This document shows positions 19,349 to 28,950 of a stretch of DNA of 64,000 nt, one piece after another (within the stretch, counting starts at the first letter, position 1; every line of letters starts with the position of its first letter). The notes below the pieces were generated by a model. The model saw nothing but the letters and a program-made list of their open reading frames with translations, had not been told where the DNA came from and made no database searches. Location: positions 1-64,000 of the IMG/VR virus record IMGVR_UViG_3300045988_165974; one strand, 5' to 3'. The position numbers and the translations under genes are program-made. The DNA comes from a virus.

Positions 19349-22318
19349 ACCTGCTATAGCTTCTGATAAAGCTAATTGTTCGTCTTCCTTTAGGTCGCCC
19401 CATTTTCCTTTTACTTCATCTAGTAATTCAACGAATCCTTTTACTTCTCCCTTTTGTTTGTCAGAATATACATCTATACCTGCAATTTCTCTTAAACCTT
19501 TTGCCGTTTTATTAAGTTCCATTGTCCCTTCTTTGGCATTAGTTTTAAGACCTTGTAAATTTATTGCAATAGATTTCATACCATTACCGACACGGCTACC
19601 ATTTTGTAATGATGTATTGGCAGCAGTAATCATTGCAGTAGCATCTCCTATTTCAACACCATAGTTAGATAAAACTGCACCCCCACCTTGGAAGGCTTGT
19701 ACTAAGCTTTGCATATCTATTGCCTGTGTATTCGATGCATAATTCAATTTATCCATAGCATCGCTAAGTTCAGTAGTAGTTTTAACAGTATCTCCTACTT
19801 GGACTTTATATTCTTTAAGTGGCTCTAAGTTAAATGAGTTTACTATTGTATTTAATCCCTTAGATGCCTCGTCTTGGCTCATATCCCCTACATTTGCTAA
19901 CATCATTGCATTTTTAGCAACCTGCATAGATTTTTCCATAGAACCAATACCTGCTTGTAATGCACTTGCGATACCTTCGATAGTATCTGCCGTACTCATA
20001 CCAACAGATTTACTTATTTCTTCTGCTTTGTCTTGTATTTGTCCTAATTTATCTATAGTGTTTATATCTTTTATGTCTGCAACTTTTTTCATGTCTGTGA
20101 TTGCTGCATCTAAATCAGAATAAACATCTTTAATTTTATATATAGAAGTTGTAAGGGCATTCCCTAAGACATTCCCAAGTGAGAAAGCTCTAATTGAACC
20201 AGAAAAATCAGACCAAAAACGATTACTGACTCTTATTGTTGAATTAGTTCTATTCATTTGGCTTTGGAATCTTCTAAGTTGAGAGTTTGCTTCTGCATAC
20301 ATCGTTTCAAAAGAACCACCAACTTGTCTTGCCTCTGTTTCAACTTGATTTAATTTAGTTATAAATTCATTAACAGTTCCTGTACCAAAAGCCTTTTCGA
20401 TATCTTCTTTAAGTGTATTAAATGTACCTTGAAGAGTATTGAATTTCTTTAACTGTCCAACTATTGTATTAGCCTTACTTCCAACCTCTGCTAAATCCGT
20501 CTTAAATCCATCTAATGAAGTGTCAAATGTTGCATCCATATTTTGAGCTTTAGTTCTAAGTTCATCTAATGCAGTTTGTAATCTATTTACTTCTGCATCT
20601 CCAAATGCCGTTCTAATAGCCTCTTTAAGCCTAATGAAAGCAGTTTCTTGTGTAGTTACCTTTCTTAGACTAGCCTCGATTGTGCTTGCCTTAGCTGCTG
20701 TTGAGTCTATTTCTGCTTTTAGTGATTCAAAAGTACTTCTGAAATCTTCTTTTAAAACAGATGCTGCTGTTCCTAATTGATTTAACCTATTTCTAAGTTC
20801 ATTTGCTTTTACATCTCCAAATGCACTTCTGATTGAATTTTCTAATTTGTCAAATTTGTCTGATAAATTATCTACATCTCTAAGATTTTTTATAGCAGTA
20901 TCTATTTTCTCCAACTGGGACATATCTGCTTTAAAATCCATGTTAAGAGCTTTTCTATTATTTATTTCATCTAATTTAGTTTTTAATTTATCTATTGCTA
21001 CCTGATTAGTTACAGTAACTCTAAGATTTCCTAAATTAGATTTTACTTTAGTTACTTTTTCATCTAATTCAATTAAATTAGAAATACTCTTTTCTAATGT
21101 CGCCTTGTCATTTTTAGAGGATAAATCTATTTTTTGTTTATTGACATCTGCTATTTTCTGTTCAACATTATTTAAATCAGTTATTAAATTCTTTAGTTTT
21201 TCATCTAAAATAGTATATGTTTCAGAAGACATATTAGTGTTTTGCATTTTACTTTTAAGTTTTTCTATTTCAGAATTAAGCATTTTATATTGATTTATAA
21301 GATTTGTTTGTTCAAGGCTATCTGCCTTTTTCATTTGACTTATAAATTCATTTGCTTTAGTTTCTGATTCAGATAATTCACTTTTTAAGGAATTAAAAGC
21401 TACTTCAAAACTTCCATCTAATTCTAATGCAGTTTGAGATAACTGATTTAATTTATTTTCAAGGTCTACTACTGCACTATCTCCTAACCCATCTTTAATA
21501 GATTGTTTTATTTTATCAAAACTTTCTTTTAAGGTTTCAACTTTTCTTAAATTATCTACTTGAGCGCCTAATTCTTTTAACCTATTTAAGTCATTTGAAA
21601 CATCAAGATTTAAATGCCAATCTCCTGTAACCTTACTCTTCAATGTATTTATTTCAGTCATTATAGTAGAAAGTTGACTTGTATTCCCACCGAAAGTAAT
21701 CCCTTTTGTTTTGGACTCAATTTCAGTTATTTTGTCGTCCATTTGTTTCATAGTATTTACTAAAGTTACTATCTCTTGTTGACTTCTTTTAAAATCATAT
21801 AGGGCAATTTTCTTTTTGCTTGTTTCGTCCATTTGTGTAGATAAGGCATCCATGTTTGCTTGAAGTTGTTTAGCTTCTTCGGCTGCTTTTTGAAATAAAT
21901 CTGCACTCATACCTGACTTCATTTTCTTTTGAATGGAATCCAAAGCACTTGCCAATGACTTATACTTAGAAATTAATTCTGTTTGATTTGATGCTACTTT
22001 TTTTGTCCCACTATCTGAATCTAAGTTTTTCATTTTAGATTTAACATTTTCTAATGAATCAGAAATTGTTTTAAGATTTTTAGCAAGACTTTCAAAATCA
22101 CTTATAACACTTTTGTCAAATTTAATTCCGTCTTTCATTTGTTTTTCAAGTTTATCTAACAAATCAGAAACTGTCTTTAGTTTTGTTTCAAAATCTTCAA
22201 CATTAACTTTAAGTTTTAAAGGTTCTTTCTTTGCAGATTCTTGAAGTTTTTCCAACTGCTCTTTTGCAGTTTTGTCATCTAACTCTAATTTAGTGGTTAG
22301 TATAAATTCTTCTGACAT
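19349..22318 (-). CDS. tail tape measure protein, exon 1 of 4 (N-terminal 990 aa)
   Basis: Coiled-coil N-terminus, then the TMP core (...MLANVGDMSQDEASKGLNTIVNSF...LSNYGVEIGDATAMITAANTSLQNGSRVGNGMKSI...QLALSEAIAG). The last 9 codons of the track ORF (KYGYNYNIS*) are intron read-through. Confidence 0.8.
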
Positions 22319-22333
22319 AATTTCTCACCTCCT

Positions 22334-22807
22334 CTAAACTCTCTTGATATTCATTCCTTTACCTCTCATAAACTGAACGAATACGTTAGGTAATTCATTA
22401 TTTCTCCATTCCTCTGTTTTATCTACGAAATCAGTAGCAGGCTTAAATACAGGACTGTAAGGATGTAATTTTGTCCCTTCTGCCCATACTGTACCTTCCT
22501 CTAAAGCATCAGGTGCATAGAAATGTCCATGACTTTTATCAAGAATAGAGAACCAATCTCCAGTATCTCCCCATACAAGAGTTAATGATAAACCATTAAC
22601 TTGCCCTTTAATACAATCTATTATTGCTCCAGTAGGCTCATAAATATTACCTGTTTTTGTCTTAGGAGAACTTCTTCCTAGCTCTGATAGAGTTATCTTT
22701 TTAGCCTCTGTTTCTAAGTTTTGATTTAAGACTTCCATAGATTGTTTTTGAGCTTTTTCTACATAATTTTTTAATTGAGTTAATGAAGTGAATTTCAATA
22801 AAATCAC
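22334..22807 (-). CDS. hypothetical protein (tail assembly region)
   Basis: 157-aa ORF abutting the upstream ORF and immediately 5' of the tape measure. No motif recognised. Confidence 0.4.
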   Translation of the reverse strand: MILLKFTSLTQLKNYVEKAQKQSMEVLNQNLETEAKKITLSELGRSSPKTKTGNIYEPTGAIIDCIKGQVNGLSLTLVWGDTGDWFSILDKSHGHFYAPDALEEGTVWAEGTKLHPYSPVFKPATDFVDKTEEWRNNELPNVFVQFMRGKGMNIKRV

Positions 22808-23206
22808 CTAATTCATTTTTTTATCTAATACTTTATCTACATTATCTGCTAATTGTTTATTTGATTCCATTCTTAAAGCTAAATCCGTTTCCATACGAAC
22901 TGTCGCTATTATTTCATTTAATATACATGTCATATGATAAAATACACATTCTAGCTCATATGAAAGGTCCATTGTTTTAAGCTCTTCTAAAGATAAATTT
23001 AATTCTATATTTGTAAGTTGTGAAAATAAGAATCCTAATATTTCATCTTCATTTCTTCCATCTGCAAAATCCTTTAAAGTTTGTCTTTTAAGAGTTTCAC
23101 TAGGATTTTTAATAATTATCTTTTGTTCATTACCTTCTTCATCTCTGTAAGGTATTACGGCTCTTATTTCTTTCTTTAATAAACTTTGAACTTTAATTTT
23201 TCCCAT
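22808..23206 (-). CDS. putative tail assembly chaperone
   Basis: 132-aa acidic ORF in the chaperone position between the major tail gene and the TMP. Positional call only. Confidence 0.4.
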   Translation of the reverse strand: MGKIKVQSLLKKEIRAVIPYRDEEGNEQKIIIKNPSETLKRQTLKDFADGRNEDEILGFLFSQLTNIELNLSLEELKTMDLSYELECVFYHMTCILNEIIATVRMETDLALRMESNKQLADNVDKVLDKKMN

Positions 23207-23226
23207 ATTTTTCTCTCCTTTACATT

Positions 23227-23257
23227 AAAAAAAAAGAAGTAGGATTTAACCTACTTC
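23227..23257 (-). terminator. rho-independent terminator (minus strand)
   Basis: Minus strand reads GAAGTAGG-TTAAAT-CCTACTTC followed by T9. Overlaps the stop of 23246..23719. Confidence 0.6.
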
Positions 23258-23719
23258 TCTTATCTCTTTTTCTAATATAGCTTTTAATCTAGCCATTTTT
23301 TCATATTCTTCATAAAGATTACCTATATGAAATTGAGATGCTCCATATGTCATGTCTTCTGTTATAATACTTATTGAAACACCAATTAATCTTCCTAAAC
23401 AAATCCCATCAGAATTATATATAGGAATCTTAGTCTTAACATCTCCATTGCCATGTTTTTTGATTTCGATTTTCAAAATGTCTTTAGGTTCTATTTGAAT
23501 TACTTCCCTATTTTGCATTATGATATACAATTTCTTATCATTTGTATAAATGATTGAATTTTCTTGTCCTTTGCATAAGAGAATCTTTATGTCTTTCTCA
23601 TTGATGTGATTATCTTTTAATTGCTTTTGAAACACCTCATGGTCTTTCTGTCCTTGTTTTATGGCAATTATAAATAATACTGCAAGTATTCCAAATAACA
23701 ATAATAAAGCTTTTATCAT
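23246..23719 (-). CDS. membrane-anchored hypothetical protein (moron-like insert in the tail module)
   Basis: N-terminal TM helix (IKALLLLFGILAVLFIIAI). Terminators lie on both sides and a TATAAT-type promoter lies upstream. No structural-protein features. Confidence 0.5.
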   Translation of the reverse strand: MIKALLLLFGILAVLFIIAIKQGQKDHEVFQKQLKDNHINEKDIKILLCKGQENSIIYTNDKKLYIIMQNREVIQIEPKDILKIEIKKHGNGDVKTKIPIYNSDGICLGRLIGVSISIITEDMTYGASQFHIGNLYEEYEKMARLKAILEKEIREVG

Positions 23720-23810
23720 GAAATCGTCCCCTTTCTAACATCTTTATATTAATTATAACATAAAAACATTAGAAAACAAACAATTATTAAAAATAGATAA
23801 AAAAATAAAT

Positions 23811-23836
23811 GCCCTAGCCAATAAAGACTAGGGGTG
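23811..23836 (-). terminator. rho-independent terminator after the major tail gene
   Basis: Minus strand reads CCCCTAG-TCTTTATTGG-CTAGGG followed by CATTTATTTTTTT. Confidence 0.55.
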
Positions 23837-23874
23837 ATTTATTTTTTAATTTTTAATTTAAATTCTATTATCTT

Positions 23875-24381
23875 TTATGCGTCCACATGGTCAGTAATAT
23901 CTAAGACTTTATTGGTTTCATCTACTAGTATATCTAAATTTAAAGTAAAGTCTGCAACTTCTGTTGCTGATAAAGTCATATCTGCACTTGGTTGAGCTTT
24001 TAATGAATAGAATTTTATATCTTTAACAACTTCTGTTTGTCCTTCTTCTACTATTCTGAATGTACCTTCACCAGTATATCCAACAGAAGGAACATCTCCT
24101 GTAACTTCTATTTTTTTATTTGTAGAATCATAAGTACCACCTAATATCATAGCTAAAAAGTCCATACCTATAACTTGTGCTGTCATAGCTAATGTCCCTG
24201 TTCTTGTTCCTGAAAAGGCGATACAGTTGTTACCTTTTTTTAAAGCATATAAAGCTTCTGAATCTAATGTTAATTGACATTCATTTAAATAATTTATGTT
24301 TATGACCTTAGTTTGGTCACCAGTTTTAGGTGTTAATTTTAAGTCAATTACATCTTTTATAGCGAAATTTTTTTCTGCCAT
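23875..24381 (-). CDS. putative major tail protein
   Basis: 168-aa ORF with a strong RBS and a dedicated terminator downstream. Position is upstream of the chaperones and TMP. Confidence 0.5.
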   Translation of the reverse strand: MAEKNFAIKDVIDLKLTPKTGDQTKVININYLNECQLTLDSEALYALKKGNNCIAFSGTRTGTLAMTAQVIGMDFLAMILGGTYDSTNKKIEVTGDVPSVGYTGEGTFRIVEEGQTEVVKDIKFYSLKAQPSADMTLSATEVADFTLNLDILVDETNKVLDITDHVDA

Positions 24382-24399
24382 TATTTATGCACTTCCTTT

Positions 24400-24435
24400 T
24401 TTATAAAAAATAAAAAACACATCATAAGATGTGTT
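24400..24435 (-). terminator. rho-independent terminator (minus strand)
   Basis: Minus strand reads AACACATC-TTAT-GATGTGTT followed by TTTTTATTTTTT. Overlaps the stop of 24434..25141. Confidence 0.55.
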
Positions 24436-25141
24436 AATCGCTAATTTTACTATTTTGTATTCTTAATTTACTTCGCCAATCTTTTAAATCTTTACCTATT
24501 GCTCCTGCATTTACACAGGTTTCATAATTATATCTTTCAGTAAGAATTTTATATGTATTCTTGACTTGATAGATTGTCCAAGTTTTTATCCTATCGTAAG
24601 AAATATCAGGTAACATATGTACAATTAAATTAAACATATCAATATAATCCATTTCACTTTTAATATTATGTTCTGCCTCATATTTCTTTCTACGTTTTTC
24701 AAATTCTTCTATAATTGCAATTTGAGCTTTATTTTTCTTTTCTATCTTAACTTCCGTCATAGTCATTTCTAATACAACTTTACTTAATGTTGAAAAATTA
24801 TTATCATCTATTACAATGTCTTCGTCTATAATAATTCCTCCAACTTTATCTTTAATGTCTATATTATCTGTACAGTATAATAAACTTAAAGCATCTCTAA
24901 GTTTTTTAGTTGTTTTATTTTTTGGATTTAATTCATCAAGTTGTAATAATATTAAAAGAACATTTTTGATAGGCTCTTTAGCTTCTTTTGAGAACAATTC
25001 TGCTAAATAAAACGGATAAACAAATTCAGATATAGTAATCCCTTTATCTAACAATTCCAATAAAGTTGGTTGATGAATCCTTCCTAGTTTATGTTTTTCT
25101 AAGGGAATATCTTCCCCAAAGAAGTAATAGTACTCCAACAA
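24434..25141 (-). CDS. hypothetical head-tail joining region protein
   Basis: 235-aa ORF in the packed operon between capsid and tail genes. No motif recognised. Confidence 0.35.
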   Translation of the reverse strand: MLEYYYFFGEDIPLEKHKLGRIHQPTLLELLDKGITISEFVYPFYLAELFSKEAKEPIKNVLLILLQLDELNPKNKTTKKLRDALSLLYCTDNIDIKDKVGGIIIDEDIVIDDNNFSTLSKVVLEMTMTEVKIEKKNKAQIAIIEEFEKRRKKYEAEHNIKSEMDYIDMFNLIVHMLPDISYDRIKTWTIYQVKNTYKILTERYNYETCVNAGAIGKDLKDWRSKLRIQNSKISD

Positions 25142-25666
25142 CTATTTTCTCCCTTTTAAATCTATTTGTTCACAAGCTAGAGTCATATAATAACCACTAT
25201 ATTCATAAGGCATATTATATGATTGGGGATTTTGTACTAAATATAATCTTCCAACTCCAGGAATGTTTTTAGAATCTAATAAACAATCTAAGATAACTTC
25301 TGTTAAAGCTAAGTCCCTAAGTCCATTTCCACTCTCTCTACAATCGAAATGGCAAGCTACCCCAATTTCAATTTGAAGTGTTTTAATCGCTTGACTTGTA
25401 TATTGATAAGGAAGTTTATTAGAATGGTTTATATATAATACAATATCTGATTCTGTAAGTAACTTTTCATATCTACGACAATAGAAAACTTGTTTATTGT
25501 ATAATTGTTTTACTGGATTTTCTACGATTGGCAATTCATCAATATCTTTTATTTTTTCATATTTATAATACATCAATTTTGCAAAATCCTGATTATTCAT
25601 AAGTTCAGAACCAATTGAATAAATTATCTTATTTGGAAAGCCTATTAATCCTTTCATTTTATCCAC
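25142..25666 (-). CDS. hypothetical head-tail joining region protein
   Basis: 174-aa ORF overlapping the upstream gene by 8 nt (translational coupling). Confidence 0.35.
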   Translation of the reverse strand: MDKMKGLIGFPNKIIYSIGSELMNNQDFAKLMYYKYEKIKDIDELPIVENPVKQLYNKQVFYCRRYEKLLTESDIVLYINHSNKLPYQYTSQAIKTLQIEIGVACHFDCRESGNGLRDLALTEVILDCLLDSKNIPGVGRLYLVQNPQSYNMPYEYSGYYMTLACEQIDLKGRK

Positions 25667-26666
25667 CTATTTTAACTATTTTTGTACTTATTGTTTCTTG
25701 TGTATCTTTATTTATAGCCAATATCATAATACTATTTCCGTAAAATCTGAAATTAGATGTTGCTGTTATTTCACACTTCTTATCTTCTGATTTAAATGTT
25801 ACAAATTCATAAGGATTGTCTAATTTTAATTCGACATTTTCTACATCTGTTTGAATAGAGTAAGTTGCAGTTTCTCCTAAGTTTATTATTGATTGCCCAA
25901 ATATTTCATCTGGGTCTTGAACATCAGTATAACTTTTTTCATTCCATGCCGCATTTTCTTTTAAATCATCTTCGTTTAATAAAGTGGTTTGAAGAACTAA
26001 AGCCTTTATAAGCCCGTCTGCTCCTGTGTATCTGCCATTATACTCAAAATCATTAACATGAGTAACACGGAAAACTGTTTTATTAGTTAACATTACTCTA
26101 TCTCCAATTTCTATCAATCGGCTAACTGGGTTGCTACCAAACCACAAATGTCTTTTGGCATCTGCATAAGATATATATTTACCGTCATTTAAACCATCTG
26201 AATACATGGTTAAGTTTTCAATTGATAACGGTATTTTATATAACTCATTATGATGTTTATAATTAAGTATTTGGTTACATCTTCTCATTATGAATTTTTT
26301 ATAAGTATTAATTTCTTTATGTTCTTTAAATGTAACAATAAACCATGAATTATCATAAAAAACATAGCAACCTACATCAACTTGAGAATCTTTTGTTGTA
26401 AGTAATGTTTTTTCATCTAAAGCTTTATCATCGTTTTCAGTAATATCATTAATAGCCATTAATTCAGAACCCATTTCATCTGTTGGAAAATTATTTTCAT
26501 CCATAGTAGGAACTTGTTCTATAATTGTTCTACGATATTGTGCAGCAGTAGGACTAGTATTTAGATATTTGATAAAGTTTCTTTCCATTTCATTAGCTAT
26601 CTTCTCTTTGGAGTTTTTTGCTCCTAACATAGTTCTCTTTGCAAAATTCTCAAAATAAGAACTCAT
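25659..26666 (-). CDS. hypothetical virion protein
   Basis: 335-aa ORF with ATGA-type overlap to the upstream gene. No motif recognised. Confidence 0.35.
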   Translation of the reverse strand: MSSYFENFAKRTMLGAKNSKEKIANEMERNFIKYLNTSPTAAQYRRTIIEQVPTMDENNFPTDEMGSELMAINDITENDDKALDEKTLLTTKDSQVDVGCYVFYDNSWFIVTFKEHKEINTYKKFIMRRCNQILNYKHHNELYKIPLSIENLTMYSDGLNDGKYISYADAKRHLWFGSNPVSRLIEIGDRVMLTNKTVFRVTHVNDFEYNGRYTGADGLIKALVLQTTLLNEDDLKENAAWNEKSYTDVQDPDEIFGQSIINLGETATYSIQTDVENVELKLDNPYEFVTFKSEDKKCEITATSNFRFYGNSIMILAINKDTQETISTKIVKIGG

Positions 26667-27121
26667 TAATAGAACCCCTCAAAATCATCACCATATGAAT
26701 ACTCTATCATTTCTGCTCTAAAATAGTCATCTGCATATTCTTTTAAATTTAACAATTTACTTAACATATTTGCACTAGATAATCTATTATAATCTCCGTC
26801 TGTAATAGCTTGTTTCAACTTATCCTCACAGAAAATTTTAGGATTAAGCCAAATGGTTATCATTCCCATTACTAAAATGTTTATTTCTTTTTGACTTAAA
26901 TCTTCTTGTATATATCCACTAGAATCTTCTGTTGGAGGGACTAGATGTATTCCTTTTTCATAAGTCTTAAACTTTGCTATAGCACCTTTAAGATAAGATA
27001 ATAGCAAATCCTCAATAAATTGTTCTCCAAACTTTTCATTCATAAAGACCATAATTTCATCATCAATTTGTTTTAAAAAGTTATCATAAATTGTACTTAA
27101 TTGAGTTGACAAAATTATCAC
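26666..27121 (-). CDS. putative head-tail connector/adaptor protein
   Basis: 151-aa acidic ORF two genes after the capsid gene. Positional call. Confidence 0.35.
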   Translation of the reverse strand: MIILSTQLSTIYDNFLKQIDDEIMVFMNEKFGEQFIEDLLLSYLKGAIAKFKTYEKGIHLVPPTEDSSGYIQEDLSQKEINILVMGMITIWLNPKIFCEDKLKQAITDGDYNRLSSANMLSKLLNLKEYADDYFRAEMIEYSYGDDFEGFY

Positions 27122-27134
27122 CTTCTTTTAGGTT

Positions 27135-27686
27135 TTAAACTGCTCCAAATAAGTAAGGATTTTGTAATCTTGTTTCTAAACTTTTTCTTTTTGCATAACT
27201 ATCAAATTGTTTATTTTTATCTAAGATAACTGCTCTCTCTGCTATTCTATATACTAAGTTATCTGAAAGAGAATTTAAAGTTTTATCAAAGTCATCAACA
27301 GATGTTTTATCGTCTAAGAAAGATTCTACTCCTTCTACTGATATATCAAATTTAGAATATTCATCTTCTACACCTAAAACTTTCAGAACATCATTTTTAT
27401 CATAATCATCATATACATCAACGATTGCTATAAAAAATTTTTCTAAAAATGATTTAGACATAGCAGATAATAAATCAAGTGAAACTATTTTTGTTTCGCC
27501 TCTCTCATTTATTTCTAATATATCAGAACCTTTTGCATACACAAAATTTCCTTGACTTAAATTTTGAACTTCAACATCTATATTTTTCATATTTTTCTTT
27601 ATTTCTCTTAGTCTTGTACTTTGAGAAGGTTTTTTTACAGTTTCTTGTTGAGTAACAGTTTCTTCTTTTTTAGTTCTTGTAGCCAT
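27135..27686 (-). CDS. hypothetical protein (start trimmed to the ATG after the AAGGGAGAT RBS)
   Basis: The track ORF starts at a TTG at 27707. A better RBS, AAGGGAGATGTTAAA, precedes the ATG at 27686 (MATRTKKEE...). Confidence 0.4.
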   Translation of the reverse strand: MATRTKKEETVTQQETVKKPSQSTRLREIKKNMKNIDVEVQNLSQGNFVYAKGSDILEINERGETKIVSLDLLSAMSKSFLEKFFIAIVDVYDDYDKNDVLKVLGVEDEYSKFDISVEGVESFLDDKTSVDDFDKTLNSLSDNLVYRIAERAVILDKNKQFDSYAKRKSLETRLQNPYLFGAV

Positions 27687-27705
27687 TTTAACATCTCCCT
27701 TATTC

Positions 27706-27749
27706 AAAAAAATAAAAAGAGAGAACCTAATATGTTATAAATCCTCTCT
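27706..27749 (-). terminator. rho-independent terminator after the major capsid gene
   Basis: Minus strand reads AGAGAG-(20 nt)-CTCTCT followed by TTTTATTTTTTT, immediately after the capsid stop. Confidence 0.55.
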
Positions 27750-27756
27750 TTTTTAA

Positions 27757-28746
27757 CTATCCTATATTATATACTCCAAAGTCAGTAGCTTTTACTGCTC
27801 CTACATGTACTTTTCTTTGGAATAGGTATTCTAATTCTCTATCTAATCTAGGTAATATAGAACTATCAGTAGTAACATATCCTGGACCTTCAAATCCTAC
27901 GAATATCGGCTTAACATTAGCAGGTACTACGAATAATTTATCATTACTTAAACCAAAACCAGTTTTCTTATTAAAAGTATTTTTTAAGTCTACACATCTA
28001 TATCCTTCAAATGCTTTTAAATAACCATAATTTCTTCTATCTAATCCATCTATTTCTAATGATTCTATTCCTGGTATTTTACTTAATGCCATTTTAGTAC
28101 CATATATAGTTATATCTCCATGTCCTAATCCTGCAACTTTTTCACATAATTCAGATAAAGCATCTCTAGTTACAGTACCATTAGCTTGTAATATTGCTGG
28201 AGCTGCACTATAAGCACCTATGAAAGCACTATTTATTCTTTTTACTAATTCATGTTCCATAGATTTAGCAACTTTGTCTATCATAGCTTGGAAATTTATT
28301 CTTCCTGCCATCCATTTAGACCATTGTTCATATATTTTAACACCTAGAGGATAAGCAGTCATAGGAACTTTTCTTCCCATTAATCTTTGTCTTCTAAAGT
28401 TGTTATTATCGTCTGCTACTACTGCAACATCAAATAATTTATCATCGTCTACTTCCCATTCAATTGTGTCCCCATATTTAAGGTCTCTGTATTCACAGAA
28501 TGGTGCAAATGTTTCTCTTAATAATTCAGAAGTAGTTATTGTTAATGATTCAGATAATATTTGGAATACTTCTACATAATTTTTAGAGAATGCCCATTCG
28601 TCCCAAGTTCCTCCTACTTTTTCTAATATTTTTTCTCTTAATCTATCTTCGGCTTCTTGAGTACTAGAAAATTCAGCTTTATCTACTGTTCCATTATAGA
28701 TGTCTCTAGCTAATTTTTCCATATCTGTATATTTTACTATTGCCAT
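27757..28746 (-). CDS. putative major capsid protein
   Basis: 329-aa ORF downstream of the protease/scaffold, followed by a strong terminator. Size and position fit an HK97-type major capsid protein (MCP). No motif check was possible. Confidence 0.6.
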   Translation of the reverse strand: MAIVKYTDMEKLARDIYNGTVDKAEFSSTQEAEDRLREKILEKVGGTWDEWAFSKNYVEVFQILSESLTITTSELLRETFAPFCEYRDLKYGDTIEWEVDDDKLFDVAVVADDNNNFRRQRLMGRKVPMTAYPLGVKIYEQWSKWMAGRINFQAMIDKVAKSMEHELVKRINSAFIGAYSAAPAILQANGTVTRDALSELCEKVAGLGHGDITIYGTKMALSKIPGIESLEIDGLDRRNYGYLKAFEGYRCVDLKNTFNKKTGFGLSNDKLFVVPANVKPIFVGFEGPGYVTTDSSILPRLDRELEYLFQRKVHVGAVKATDFGVYNIG

Positions 28747-28749
28747 TGA

Positions 28750-28950
28750 ATTTCCGTTACTTAAAACTTATAAAAAGTTCTAAATTTATTTTTCTTTTCA
28801 CTCTATCTTATATTGCCAAAGCTACTTTAGTAATTGATAGTCCAAGAACGTAAATTCCCCATCAACGAGTGGGTACATATTATAAATATCTTTTAATGTG
28901 ATAGTCCATAATTTCTTAAATTAAGACTTGCATTTAAATCTCTATCTATT
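28750..28950 (-). ncRNA. candidate TnpB omega/reRNA (3' end of tnpB plus downstream 146 nt)
   Basis: By analogy with IS200/IS605 TnpB loci, the guide RNA overlaps the 3' end of tnpB and the right end. The region contains hairpin-prone GTACCCACTCGTTGATGGGGAATTTAC. Boundaries are not determined. Confidence 0.35.

Noticed and set aside
22334-23206. Programmed -1 frameshift joining the two ORFs upstream of the tape measure (G/GT-type chaperone)
   Set aside because: The ORFs abut stop-to-start without an overlapping slippery heptamer that I could identify. The downstream protein looks globular rather than like a T extension.
28760-28800. Similarity between ACCCACTCGTTGA downstream of tnpB and ACCCACTCGCTTGA in the family A introns, and the recurring TTCTAAATTTAT/AAATTTAGAA motif
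   Set aside because: The matches are short (12-14 nt) and lie on opposite transcribed strands in the two contexts. In this AT-rich background they are not distinguishable from chance without statistics.
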